A stretch of DNA of 64,000 nt from Octopus sinensis (taxonomy: Eukaryota), in NCBI RefSeq assembly GCF_006345805.1, contig NC_043008.1, forward strand, positions 6,324,001 through 6,388,000, in the 5' to 3' direction. The notes beneath the pieces are model-generated. The model searched no databases. It was not told the DNA's origin and saw nothing but the letters and a program-made list of their open reading frames with translations. Below are positions 28,420-39,682 of this stretch, one piece after another; positions within the stretch are counted from its first letter, which is position 1, and every line of letters begins with the position of its first letter. The position numbers were made by a program, and so were the translations under genes.

Positions 28420-28748
28420 AGTGGAGAAGGACAGCAGCAACTATGAAAACAAGATGACCATAGGAGGGAAAAGAGAAAATGGAAGGAGGTTGAGAACAAA
28501 AAAAAAACAACAAAAAAACATGCACAGAAGAAGAAACTGGAAGCCTATAAAAAGATGGTGATGGTAGTGGTGGTGGTAGTGGTGGTGGTGGTGGTGGTGG
28601 TAATGATAATTGAAAGCTCATGTCCACCAAAATAAAATCTGTCATTTTCTTTCAAATCACATAAGGCTGCATTGCTAACTGTAAACAGAAATAAGAGAGA
28701 AAAGTATTCGAATAGTATACCACCACTTCACTAAACAGCTACTTATTT

Positions 28749-29004
28749 CAGTTCTATATTTAAGACATGAGGAATTATGTACATTATTTACATTTGATGG
28801 ATATTTGTTCGCATCTTGTTTGTTGTTAACACAAATATTATTATTATTATTATTCAGGTCACTGCTTGGAATCGAACTCAGATTAGTAGCCCGCGCTCTT
28901 AACCACTCCATAATTGCCCACGGGCATATGGTGTAGTGGTTAAGAGTGCGGGCTGCTAACCCCAAGATGCTGAGTTCGATTCCCGGCAGTGATCTGAATA
29001 ATAC

Positions 29005-29046
<42 letters not shown>

Positions 29047-29060
29047 CATCGGAAAATACC
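28749..29060. mobile_element. family F palindromic element; left arm lacks the HHR, right arm truncated
   Basis: Tail 28749-28834, inverted tRNA-like heads around a centre at ~28920; box A 28929-28939, box B 28972-28983, then (AAT)n. Confidence 0.85.
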
Positions 29061-29074
29061 TCTCAATGATTAGC

Positions 29075-29382
29075 CAGAGATTATCTTTAAAATGAGAGTA
29101 TCTGAAATAAACTTGACTGCTCTCACAAATGAGAATACTAAAAATGAACCCAACCTCTCTCAAAAATTAAGTAAAAAAACCCGGAAAAATAATCCAGAAT
29201 CCTTGCCCGGTACTGGATCGATCCCAAAATCTAATCAGTTTGGGTCAGTCATGAGGCCAAACATCGCAGAAGAATTCATCTGAATCCATCCAGCAGTTCT
29301 TAAGATATCTTGTCCACAGACAAACAAACAAACAAACACAACTGAAAACAATACCTCTGCCTTTGCTAAGGCAGAGCTAATG
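29075..29382 (-). mobile_element. DINE-1/HINE-like non-autonomous element
   Basis: Terminal hairpin CTCTGCC-tttgctaa-GGCAGAG (29355-29376) next to an (ACAA)n microsatellite; architecture resembles Helentron-associated elements (inference). Confidence 0.45.
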
Positions 29383-30250
29383 ATAGAATATTTGGCTATA
29401 CCTTGCTCAGGCAATGGAAACAGAGAAGTTATTCTTCAGTATGAGAACAATAATAAAAGTGTGATGCCATTGTTATACTAACACTTAATAGAATTTCAGA
29501 TATTTTAACGGATGATTAAGATAGTTAACATTGTCAGAGCTTAAACACTGGTGTTGATTACATCTTTTAATGAGTGTATAAAACTATGGTGTTACATGGA
29601 TGACAACATTCTGGTGTTGCTAGTTAATCGTAACTGACTTCCACTCAATCACCCAGAAATGACAGACTTGGCTGCCATACTTTGCTGCTATGGAAAGAAA
29701 TGAGAGGAAAAAAGCATGTCAAAAATTTATATTTTCTTTTTTTTGTCAGAAACGAGTATGATGACAACCAAAGGAAAAGTTTCCAGAGTTAGGAAACCTC
29801 TAAGAGTTGAACAAATGGATTTTAGCAATATTAAATGTGAAATAGTGTTGCAGATTTATCTTCAAAAAGAAATAACCGCTGCTGAAACAGTGAGATTCTT
29901 TAGATCCACTCTCGGTTATTCTCAAAGATTATTTGAGTCAATTCTGTGAATTTGATAAAAGTGGAACTAAAGAGCATTAATTGGTCTGAAGGTTAATGTA
30001 TGCCCAGAATTCATTTAAAAGAAGCTTAGTTTTTGAATTTTGGGTGATGGAGAATAAAATGTACAAAGTAAGAAGGAGAGAGGCCTTGTTGATATTACTG
30101 TGACATTTGTTGATAGAAATGAGTATAAATCTGGTTGTGTTGCTTTTTGGGGACAACATCAACATATTGCATATTTGGTAAAACATGTTTTATAAGGAAA
30201 AAGAGAAATAATGAAACCCTTTTAAAATACTATTTAAATATACATATTCT

Positions 30251-30440
30251 GTTATTCTTTTATTCTTTTTCTCGCTTCAGTCATTTGACTGCGACCATGC
30301 AGGAGCGCCACCTTTAGTTGAGCAAATCGACCCCAGAACTTATTCTTTGTAAGCCTAGTACTTATTCTTTGTAAGCCTAGTATTTATTCTATTGGTCTCT
30401 TTTGCTGAACCGATAAGTTATGGGGACATAAACACACTAG
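30251..30440 (-). mobile_element. SINE family A 3' half with an internal 22-bp duplication
   Basis: cttattctttgtaagcctagta occurs twice in tandem (~30339-30382). Confidence 0.85.
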
Positions 30441-30477
30441 GACTACACACAAACAAATACATACACATACATACATT

Positions 30478-30645
30478 GTAAAGTGGTCAGTGTCAGGAAG
30501 GGCGTCCATCTGTAGAAACCATGTCAAAGCAAATACTGGAGCATAATGCAGTCCCTCGACTCTTCAGATCCTTGTCAAACCATCCAACCCATGCCAGCAT
30601 AGAAAATAGACATTAAATGATGCTGATGATGATGATGATGATGCT
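30478..30645 (+). mobile_element. SINE family E 3' part
   Basis: caaaccatccaacccatgccagcatagaaaa...(GAT)n. Confidence 0.75.
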
Positions 30646-31024
30646 GCTCTTACTGATGAAGATGATGAGGATGTTCAATGTAATCTCGGCTGATTACTTG
30701 AGGACAGAGTTGGACAAATCAAAATTAAAGAAGTTTAATCTCATATTAAAGTGATTTGATGGATCACTCATTGAAATTTGTTGAAATTTTGATGTTTTAA
30801 TGGAAATTGATAAGATCCAAAGAAAACCGTGTCATTCTGGTGACTGTAAAACAACTCATAACCTGCTTGGTTGGACTTGATGGATGTTGACAGTTCAAAT
30901 GTATTTGAAGAGGTTAATGCTTTGAGAACATTGGAGGGAGATTTTGAGCTGATTTTCAAAGGAAACAGCAAACCTCGTTTATTTTGAGACCAGACTATCA
31001 CCAATACAAACTGGTACTCTGACA

Positions 31025-31322
31025 GTTACGACGATGAGGGTTCCAGTTGATATGATCAACAAAACAGCTTGCTCATGAAATTAACGTGCAAGTGGCTGAG
31101 CACTCCACAAACATGTGTGCCCTTAACAGTTCCCAGGGAGATTCAGTGTGACACAGAATGTGACAAGGCTGGCCCCTTTGAACTACAGGTACAAATCATT
31201 TTTGCCAGGTGAGTGGGCTGGAGCAATGTGAAATAAAGTGTCTCGCTCAAGGACACAATGTGTCGCCAGGAATTGAACTCATAACCTTATGATCGTGAGC
31301 CGAATATCCTAACCATTAAGCT
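31025..31322 (-). mobile_element. CORE-like SINE family C
   Basis: Reverse complement of the 24385 copy. Confidence 0.85.
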
Positions 31323-31430
31323 GTAGAAACATTGCCAGATCAGACTGGAACCTGGTGTGGCCACTGGTTGTCCAGACCTCAGTCAAACCGTCCAACCCAT
31401 GCCAGCATGGAAAACGGACATTAAACGATG

Positions 31431-31462
<32 letters not shown>

Positions 31463-31465
31463 GAT
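31320..31465 (+). mobile_element. SINE family E tail
   Basis: ctcagtcaaaccgtccaacccatgccagcatggaaaacggacattaaac(gat)n. Confidence 0.85.
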
Positions 31466-32267
31466 TTAATAGGAGTTTTTAGACGTTGAATGGCTATGAG
31501 GGCTTTCACCTTCCCTAAATAAAATAGTAATCACAGGTGTTTATGGGTAAAACATATTTTAGGGGATGTAGGAAAGAAGGCCCATGAAACAGGTGTAAAA
31601 CGAAAGCTCTTGTTTGGATTCTTATCTCACTTCAACAACTGAACTGATATTTCATTTATTTTCTTTCTGACATGAATTATTTTGCTTGTTTGGATTCAAA
31701 GAGTGCGTGTGTATGTGTGTGTGTGTGGGGGGGGGGGGTGATGTCATCAGATAGAAATATTCAAAACAACAATAGACCTCTAAGATGCACATATCTCCCA
31801 TATGAAATTAAAACCACCATTATTGTGTTTTCAGGGGGGCAATTCAATATATTGTGTGAAATGATGCTGGTTATTTATCAAGATGATAAAACTATTGGGA
31901 GTCTTTATATTAAAATAGATAAGATCACAGAAAAGGTTAGATATAAAACTCCTAGGGGACAAGATGCAATTAGGATCTTTTCTTAAACTTGTCAATTTCT
32001 ACAGGAGATATATTGATTGTTATTCAAGCCACATGTAGCTGATTACATCACTTTATAAACATGGTGTTTCCTTTCTTGGAACATACAGCAACAAAAGCTG
32101 TTTTGGTTTATAGACTTAATCTCAGTGGCAAGGTGACAAAGTCACTGGCCCAGATTTACGATGTCACGAAATAGGTTATCTTTACAACTCATACAAATAA
32201 AAAGTCTGTATCAGGAATACATTCCCAAGATGACATTCCTGTATTGGTATTATTATTATTATTATTA

Positions 32268-32299
<32 letters not shown>

Positions 32300-32461
32300 G
32301 TTGTTGTTGTTGTTGTTATAATTATTGTTATTATATAATTGTTCAACGTTTGGTAGCTTGAGGCAAATTTCTACTGCATCACCTGATACACCTCTGTGTT
32401 GCTGGGGTGTCTGCAGCATTGTGTGTTCTTTTTATGTTGTTGGGAATGTGCAAACTCTTCC

Positions 32462-32502
<41 letters not shown>

Positions 32503-32689
32503 GTTTTTTTTCCTTCTTTCTTCAAATTTTCTTCCATTTCTCGCCGAGTGTTTTCTGTACACCTAGGGCAGAGAAGCTCGTTGTATGCATTCTCAGATTA
32601 CACATGCAAATTCACAGGTAAAATATGTATTTAAAAAAATTAATAAATAAATAAATTCATGATCGGATGTTGTATTCACAGCGATAGTT

Positions 32690-32898
32690 AAGGTGGAAAG
32701 CTGGTAGAATCTTTAGCATGTCAGGCAAAATAGCTACATTTTGCCCGTCTTTACATTCTGAGTTCAAATTTCGCCAAGGTCTTTTGCCTGCCATCCTTTT
32801 GTGGTCATTGAAATAAGTACCAATTGTATACTAGGGTTGATGTAATTGACCTTCCACCTACCCCCAAATTGCTGGCCTTGTGCCAAAATTTGAAACCA
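32690..32898 (+). mobile_element. SINE family D
   Basis: aaggtggaaagctggtagaatc head; ctgagttcaaatt box B. Confidence 0.8.
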
Positions 32899-34072
32899 AT
32901 AATAATTAGAGTGATTGTTTTATTGCTTAAAGTTCACTTATGCTATTGAAAAGTGAGTTAACAGTTAAAGATATCATTTTTTTGTAATGAAGAATTAGGA
33001 TTAAAAGTTCCATGACTTGTTTTGGGAAAATTAATGAACAGCAACAAGGAATTGATGGAAATTAGATGGGAAGGTTTCTGCATAGATATGGAATAATATG
33101 TAAGATATTTGTTATGTGCAGCAACAAAACCAGAATTACTTTAGACAGTTCCTTGTGGACAGAAATAATAGAGAAACCAACACAGCTTATCTGGTTTTAA
33201 GAACCAAGCTGTCAAAGATGGTATTCTAGAAATATTCATGTCTGACAACAGGAAGTTCGTGATAACAACTTGAGAAGATTGGGTGTAAGATGATGACTTG
33301 ATAATTTAGGATGTAAACCTCTGAAAATGCCTCTATATCATGCAGAATCTAATAGAATTATTGAAAGAATGGGTCAAAAGTGCTAGAATTAGTTTAAAAG
33401 CATATTGAGGAACTGAATGTTCTATTACTACATATCTAAATTTTATGCTTTTGAGTTCATGAAGAATTCCTAACTAAAGAAAGCATTTTAATCCATTTGC
33501 TTTGATAGATTCAAATATAATCAACAGGAATAAAGTCTTATGAAATTATAATCTCAGTTTCGTGTTGATGCAGAAGAAATGATAAAAGCCACAAACATAG
33601 ATTATAATTCAAACAGTAAATAATACAGCTGTAATCTTAAGACATAACAGGGCCTGTTAGCGCCTGCAGATCCAATAACATACAATAGCACAGATAATGT
33701 TTGGAAATAAAATGCACAAACATTCCCTGAAGCTTGGAATGATATTCCAAATTCTATTAATAAAGGCTGTGATTTGATAACTGATACAGGAACAAATGTG
33801 TTAGATGCAGTTCTTGAATAACAAAAGAAATTAAACACTTTGCTTTTGGAGGATGTGATGTTATTGTTATGCTAATATTGGTAGCTTTGCATGTGTTTGA
33901 GAAGCTGGTTAAGATGAATTAAGGTAACTATCATTTCAATGTCAAGCTTGGTATTCACTTGATTAATGTTTCTGCCAGTAAAGGATTATGTATGACCATA
34001 GCTATACTGGCATTGATGCAAACAGACAATAACAGTTATTCCATGGTAGAAGAACAAATAAATTAACATTTA

Positions 34073-34989
34073 TATAAAATGATATCAAGAAGGTCCAGAC
34101 TTGTCTTGTAGCCTACGAACAGATGGCAGCACATGGTTGCATATGCAGTGAGTGCTAGCTGTGACCTTCATGAGGCAGTGTGCTGAATGACATTGCTGCG
34201 TTTACTTGGCAGGTTGTGAAATTTGTGTTTTTGTGATCATGTGTGTACTTTAGTTGGTGATTATTGTCATGGACACGAAGTTGGAACAAAGAGCCAACGT
34301 GAAATTTTGTATTAAACTTGGGACATCTGCTACAGAGACATTGAGTATGGTTTGGCAAACTTACAGGAATGAGGAATTGGGTTGTATGTAATGTCTTGAG
34401 TGGCATGGGTGCTTCAAAAAGTACGACAGAGCTACAGCACAATCAAGGGCATACCCATCATTTTTCCAGCATCCATGGTATTGTGCATCAAGAATTTGTC
34501 CCCCAAAGCCAGATCATCGATTGAGAGTTCTACTGCGACGTTTTGAAGGGTTTGAGGGAGAACATTCGGTGAAAGTGACCGGTTCTGTGGAGTACAAAGT
34601 ATTGGATTCTTCATGACAATGCACCCTGTCACCAAGCTCTTCTCACTCATGAGTTTCTCATCCAAAACAACATGGTATCACTTCTGCTCTTGCCCTATTC
34701 ACCAGGTTTAGCACCTATGGACTTCCATCTCTTCTCCAAGATGAAAATGCAGATCAGAGGTTGCCATTTTAACACCGGTGTCAAGATCAAAAGCAAATTA
34801 CAGAAAGTCCTCAACCTGCTTATGGAAAACAAATTCCAGGCTGGATTCCAAAAGTGGCAGGAACACACCGGCCCCAGTGTATTGCTGCAAAAGGGGACAA
34901 CTTCAAAGGAAATGATATTAAAACTTAGGTAAATAAGTTGTTTTTTATTAAACATCAGTAGTCCAGGGACTTTTTGATACCACCTTGTA
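34073..34989 (+). mobile_element. internally deleted mariner (DD34D) transposon, pseudogenised
   Basis: Imperfect ~30-bp TIRs (34073-34101 and 34960-34989) bounded by TA; MDTKLEQRANVKFCIKLG from ATG 34269; HDNAPCH (D at 34615) and PYSPGLAPMDF (D at 34720) give 34-residue spacing; central WVPHEL/first-D region missing; in-frame stops. Confidence 0.92.
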
Positions 34990-35765
34990 GAATATCACCC
35001 TTTAACTATCAATTTGGTTTGCTATTCCATGCTTGCAAGAAGAAATAGCAGTGATTGAACAACGTCACCACTTAACTAATTAAGAAGTTAGTTAATCGTT
35101 AATTAGAGACCTGAAAATAATATAAAACCCACTCTTTTGCTAAAAAAAGAGTGATTTGTTATTCACTCTTTGTTATTCCTTGCTAAAAGTTTTTAAAATT
35201 TCTGTTATATTTTGATCTTTTTTAAAATACTAACACACTTGAGACCACTCGTGACATTATTAGACAGAATCTTACATTTAAATTTTTTTCACATTTAAAT
35301 TAGAACCTTTCATACAAAAAATATTTGCTGAGAAATAATATAAAAGTTCACATTACCTCCAAATTTTTGATAATTTCGAAAATGAACTAAAGCATATGAA
35401 GTGAATTTTATGATAATAAATCCTGCCATGAAAAGGTGAAACTTCAAACAAAATATACTTTACTAAATGATTATTGTACATCATTATGATTTGATCATCT
35501 TTTGACCAGACCGATAAATTTAATTAGGCTTTTGAGGATTGTTTTTGCTTGTTTATTTTAGTTCTTGTAACACTGAATAGAATTTAATATTAAATTATAT
35601 TTCCGTTCATTATTATCAAATTTTACAAAATTTTGGAACAGACATATACTATGATATTTTTTGCACAGACAACGTTTTTGAAATTGACTCTCTAATTGTA
35701 TTTTATATAGAAATGAAATACAGTATTTGCTATTGTTTGTAAAATATCATTCACTTATATTTGGA

Positions 35766-35884
35766 TGCATACATACATACATATATACATACATACATAT
35801 ATACATACATATATGCATACATACATACATACATACATACATACATACATACATACATACATACACACTTACGTACATACATAT

Positions 35885-35915
<31 letters not shown>

Positions 35916-35918
35916 CAT

Positions 35919-35952
<34 letters not shown>
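35766..35952. repeat. (TACA)n/(CA)n microsatellite
   Basis: Direct. Confidence 0.95.
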
Positions 35953-35953
<1 letters not shown>

Positions 35954-36307
35954 ACTACAGTTACTCTATCCAGATTACAAGTTCAGGTTTATATCTTAAG
36001 AAATTAGGCTTCTCAAAGCCAGAAAAGAGGAAGCTAATTTGAAGACTACAGATCCAATTCATCAGTGGAACTGTAAAAATCTGTAAAACTTTCCAGAAGT
36101 TTATCATTTAATTATATATGAGCTTGTCTAGATATGTAAGTCTATGCATGAGAATACATAAAACAGAACATACAAATCTGCACATACATACATACATACA
36201 TACAAACAAAAATACCCTGTTTTTGATAGAGTTCTATATGTAAGAGATGAAGAATTATGTACATTATTTACATTTGACGGATATTTGTCCTCATCTTGTT
36301 TGTTGTT

Positions 36308-36353
36308 AACACACCGTTTCGGCTGATATACCCTCCAGCCTTCATCAGGTGTC
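36308..36353 (-). ncRNA. minimal type-I hammerhead-like motif (family F left arm)
   Basis: GACAC-CTGATGA-A-GGCTG-gagggtatat-CAGCC-GAAACGGT-GTGTT; stems I and II pair; one mismatch against the inferred GAAACGTT. Confidence 0.7.
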
Positions 36354-36400
36354 TTGGAGAAATTTTGAACCTGGGTTCTCATTCCTAAGGTATTTTTTGA

Positions 36401-36459
<59 letters not shown>

Positions 36460-36654
36460 TTACTGCTTGGAATCAAACTTGGAATCTTAGGGTTTGTAGC
36501 CCACACTCTAAACCACTATGCCCACAGGAATATGGCATAGTGGTTAAGAGCATGGGCTACTAACCCCAAGATTCCAAGTTTGATTCCAGGCAATAATAAT
36601 AATAACATAAAAAGATACCTTAGAAACAAGAACACAAGTTCAAAATTTCCCCAA

Positions 36655-36700
36655 GACATCTGAAGAAGGCTGGAGGGTATATCAGCCAAAACATTGTGTT
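36655..36700 (+). ncRNA. minimal type-I hammerhead-like motif (family F right arm, decayed)
   Basis: GACAT-CTGAAGA-A-GGCTG-gagggtatat-CAGCC-AAAACATT-GTGTT; changes consistent with CpG decay. Confidence 0.6.
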
Positions 36701-37330
36701 AACAACAAACAAGATGAGGACAAATATCGTCAAATGTAAATAATGTAAATAATGTATATTCTATAAGGTCACAAACAATATGGTGGTGAATTGTTGATTA
36801 ATTCCCCTCCATTACTTCATTCGTACGTGTGTTACCAATCTTAGAATGCTGTATAGCAGTGTGGTCTTTGGTAGGATTTGAACTCAGATCATAAAGATAT
36901 TTAACCCAATGATGTATACTATTTTTCTTAGCTCACTAATGATTCTATCAGTCTGAAGAAAAAAAAAACCTTTTTTGCTTAACTTTTAGGGCCTTCATGG
37001 AGGCCCATAGCTTTAAGCAGATATTATTGCTTAACTACATGTAAACCAGGGGAGATGAGAAAATGTCATTATCAAGTAGCCTGATAATGTTCAATTCCCT
37101 AAGCAGCATTATCAAGAGCTCTTCCTTTTGAAAGTCATGTTAACAAGAGTGTTAACAAGACATTTTTTTATTCTAGAGAATATAGTTTTTCAGCTAAGTG
37201 CTGTTAGTTATCAGGGGTGAGTATTTAAACTTGGTGATATCTCTGCATAACTAGCAAGGGTCTATTTATCTGGGAAAGACACCTGAGATCAAATGGTATT
37301 TTAATATCAATCATCATCTCATACCACACG

Positions 37331-37715
37331 TTTATTAGTTTACACTCCTTCTCCTCCTATTCTCAGCATGTCACACTAAAGTTGCTACATGTTCCATGCT
37401 ACATGTGTCGTTCAACATATATTAGTTTACACTCTTCCTCCTTCTCCTCCTCTCCCTTCTCCCCTCCCTCCTCCTCCTCTCCCTCCCCCTCCTCCTCCTA
37501 GCATGTCACTCTAAAATTGCTACATGTTCAATGCTACATGTCGTTCAACATTTATTAGTTTACACTCCTCCTCCTCCTAATATGTCATACTAAAGTTGCT
37601 ACATGTGTCCAACATTTATTAGTTTACACTCCTCCTCCTCCTCCTTCTCCTTCTCCTCCTCCTCCACCTCTCAGCATGTCACTCCAAAGTTGCTACATGT
37701 TTCTGTCGAACATAT
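37331..37715. repeat. 4-unit composite minisatellite with variable (CCT)n core
   Basis: Units begin ttattagtttacactc at ~37332, 37420, 37552 and 37617, then (CCT)n and agcatgtcac.ctaaagttgctacatgt. Confidence 0.85.
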
Positions 37716-38010
37716 TTTTAGTCGCTGCATTCCAGGTAGAATTGTTACAAAGGAGGAAGAATCGCATTCGGTTCAGTGAGTGAAGACCAGCACGTCTTGA
37801 AACGACAAAAATACACAACAACAACAACAACAACAACAACAACAGCTACAACAGCTACAACAACCATCTATAGATATTAAAAATTATCTCAATTATCATG
37901 GCTGACAGTATGTTTGGAAAAATTCTCAATATTCAACTTTGGATAATGCTTTTCTATTCCTAATAAAAGAAAATGCACAAAATGAACACAGGATATATAC
38001 GCACACACTT

Positions 38011-38064
<54 letters not shown>

Positions 38065-39320
38065 ACACACACACACACACACACACACAAGCACACCTAC
38101 ACATGCATGAATGACTGCAGTCTTAAGATGACAAGGAAACATAAAAGATCCAAAATTCTTCAATTCTTTGCAGTGTTCATAGCAGTGACAACGACAGAAC
38201 TATTGTATTCTTAAACATAATAAAATAATGTTTTATTATTCAACTTGACTGGAGGCTATCAGACTAAAATAAGCTGCATTGCAATCTTCATACCGATTCC
38301 TTTTATTATCGGTTCTCTGAAATATTAGGATCTTCTCCAGTGGAAAAATCTTGTTCTTTGAAAAGTGAATGCCTATCTCTACTCAATATCTATCTCTACT
38401 TAATATAAATGTAAAGGGACTGAGTTGTCCATTACCTGTCTGGTAATTTATATTCCGCCTTTCACACAATATATATCAATGATAACCACCACAATACCGT
38501 TCCTATTGGCTACAATTAAATTTAATGTCTTGCAGGCATAAATTTCAGTATTTTCTGATGTCTGTTTATAAATTCAACGGTAAACACTGACTTTTATAAT
38601 GGCACGAAAGAAAAACAAAAACCAAAAAAAGAGAAAGAACGAAATGAATGGAGAAAATGTTTAAGCTTAGAACGGAGTAATTATTGGTGAGTCGGGATTT
38701 CTTAATGTACTTTAAATAGTTGTAATTATTTATTCTCCTTTTTATAACATTTAGTTTTAATTTCAAGTCTGGCACCAACAAAGTGAAAGAAGCTGGTAAT
38801 GTTTATCTTATGCAAGTAACCAAACAAATGATAACATTTCAAAAAAAATTTCTCTTGAGTTTTATGAATTTTCTTGATAAGCTGTTTGTTTATATTTTCT
38901 CATGTAAGTGCTCGCATTATTATGGAAAAGTAAACATTACAAGGTTAGTATATAGGAATTCGCATTTTAGTAGAAAAAAGAAACAGTTTTTTGGTGTTTT
39001 TCTTTAGAGACTTCAGCAAAATTTTCCACTTAAACATGAATTATTCTTACTAATGAGAAGATTGGTTACCATCATCAACAACAACAGCAACAACAGCAAC
39101 AACAACAGCAGTAGCAGCAGCTTTTGCAAACTTTGGAATACATGTAAAGTAACATTTTGATAAAAGGAAAGCTGGAATAATTTTTGTGGAAATGCTTTTA
39201 ACAAATTGTCCAAAAGCTTGGCGATTCCACCCACACGCCCACCCTCCCACCACACCAGATCCAACCAGTTCAAATATGAAGGACATTACTGTATTTCACT
39301 AATGATTTTTGAACAATATA

Positions 39321-39682
39321 GGCGTAGGAGTGGCTGTGTGGTAAGTAGCTTGCTTACCAACCACATTGGACAAGTGTCTTATAGCCTCGGGCCGACCAAA
39401 GCCTTGTAAGCGGATTTGGTAGTTGGAAACTGAAAGAAGCCCATCGTATATATGTATGTATATATGTGTGTGTTTGTGTGCCTGTGTTTGTTCCCCCAAC
39501 ATTGCTTGATAACCGATGCTGGTGTGTTTACGTCCCCATAACTTAGTGGTTTGGCAAAAGCGACTGATAGAATAAGTACCAGGTTTACAAAGAATAAGTC
39601 CTGGGGTTGATTTGCTCAACTAAAGGCGGTACTCCAGCATGGCCGCAGTCAAATGACTGAAACAAGTAAAAGAGTAAAAGAG
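39321..39682 (+). mobile_element. SINE family A, internally deleted
   Basis: Head and tail as at 11897; the CORE-like start is deleted. Confidence 0.88.

Larger units (their letters stand above)
30700..33400 (+). mobile_element. fossil Gypsy-type pol (protease-RT-integrase fragments) interrupted by SINEs and microsatellites
   Basis: In order: LDKSKLKKFNLILK*FDGSLIEI (30710, protease-like), HNLLG, NVFEEVNALRTLEGDFELIFKGNSKP, RCTYLPYEIKT..LVIYQDD (31795-31887, RT-like, weaker), RWEGFCIDME*YVR (integrase Zn-finger region), DGILEIFMSDN (33217), PLYHAESNRIIERMGQ (within 33309-33377). Confidence 0.65.
36230..36756. mobile_element. most complete family F palindrome: two head-to-head tRNA-like heads, each followed by (AAT)n, a hammerhead-like motif and a tail
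   Basis: Arms ~36259-36522 and 36534-36746 are inverted copies; HHR motifs at 36308-36353 (-) and 36655-36700 (+); box A 36533-36543, box B 36577-36587. Confidence 0.9.

Noticed and set aside
28922-28996. tRNA-Ser gene
   Set aside because: Boxes A and B and an anticodon-like loop are present, but there is no acceptor stem or long variable arm and it runs into (AAT)n; it is a SINE-type head.
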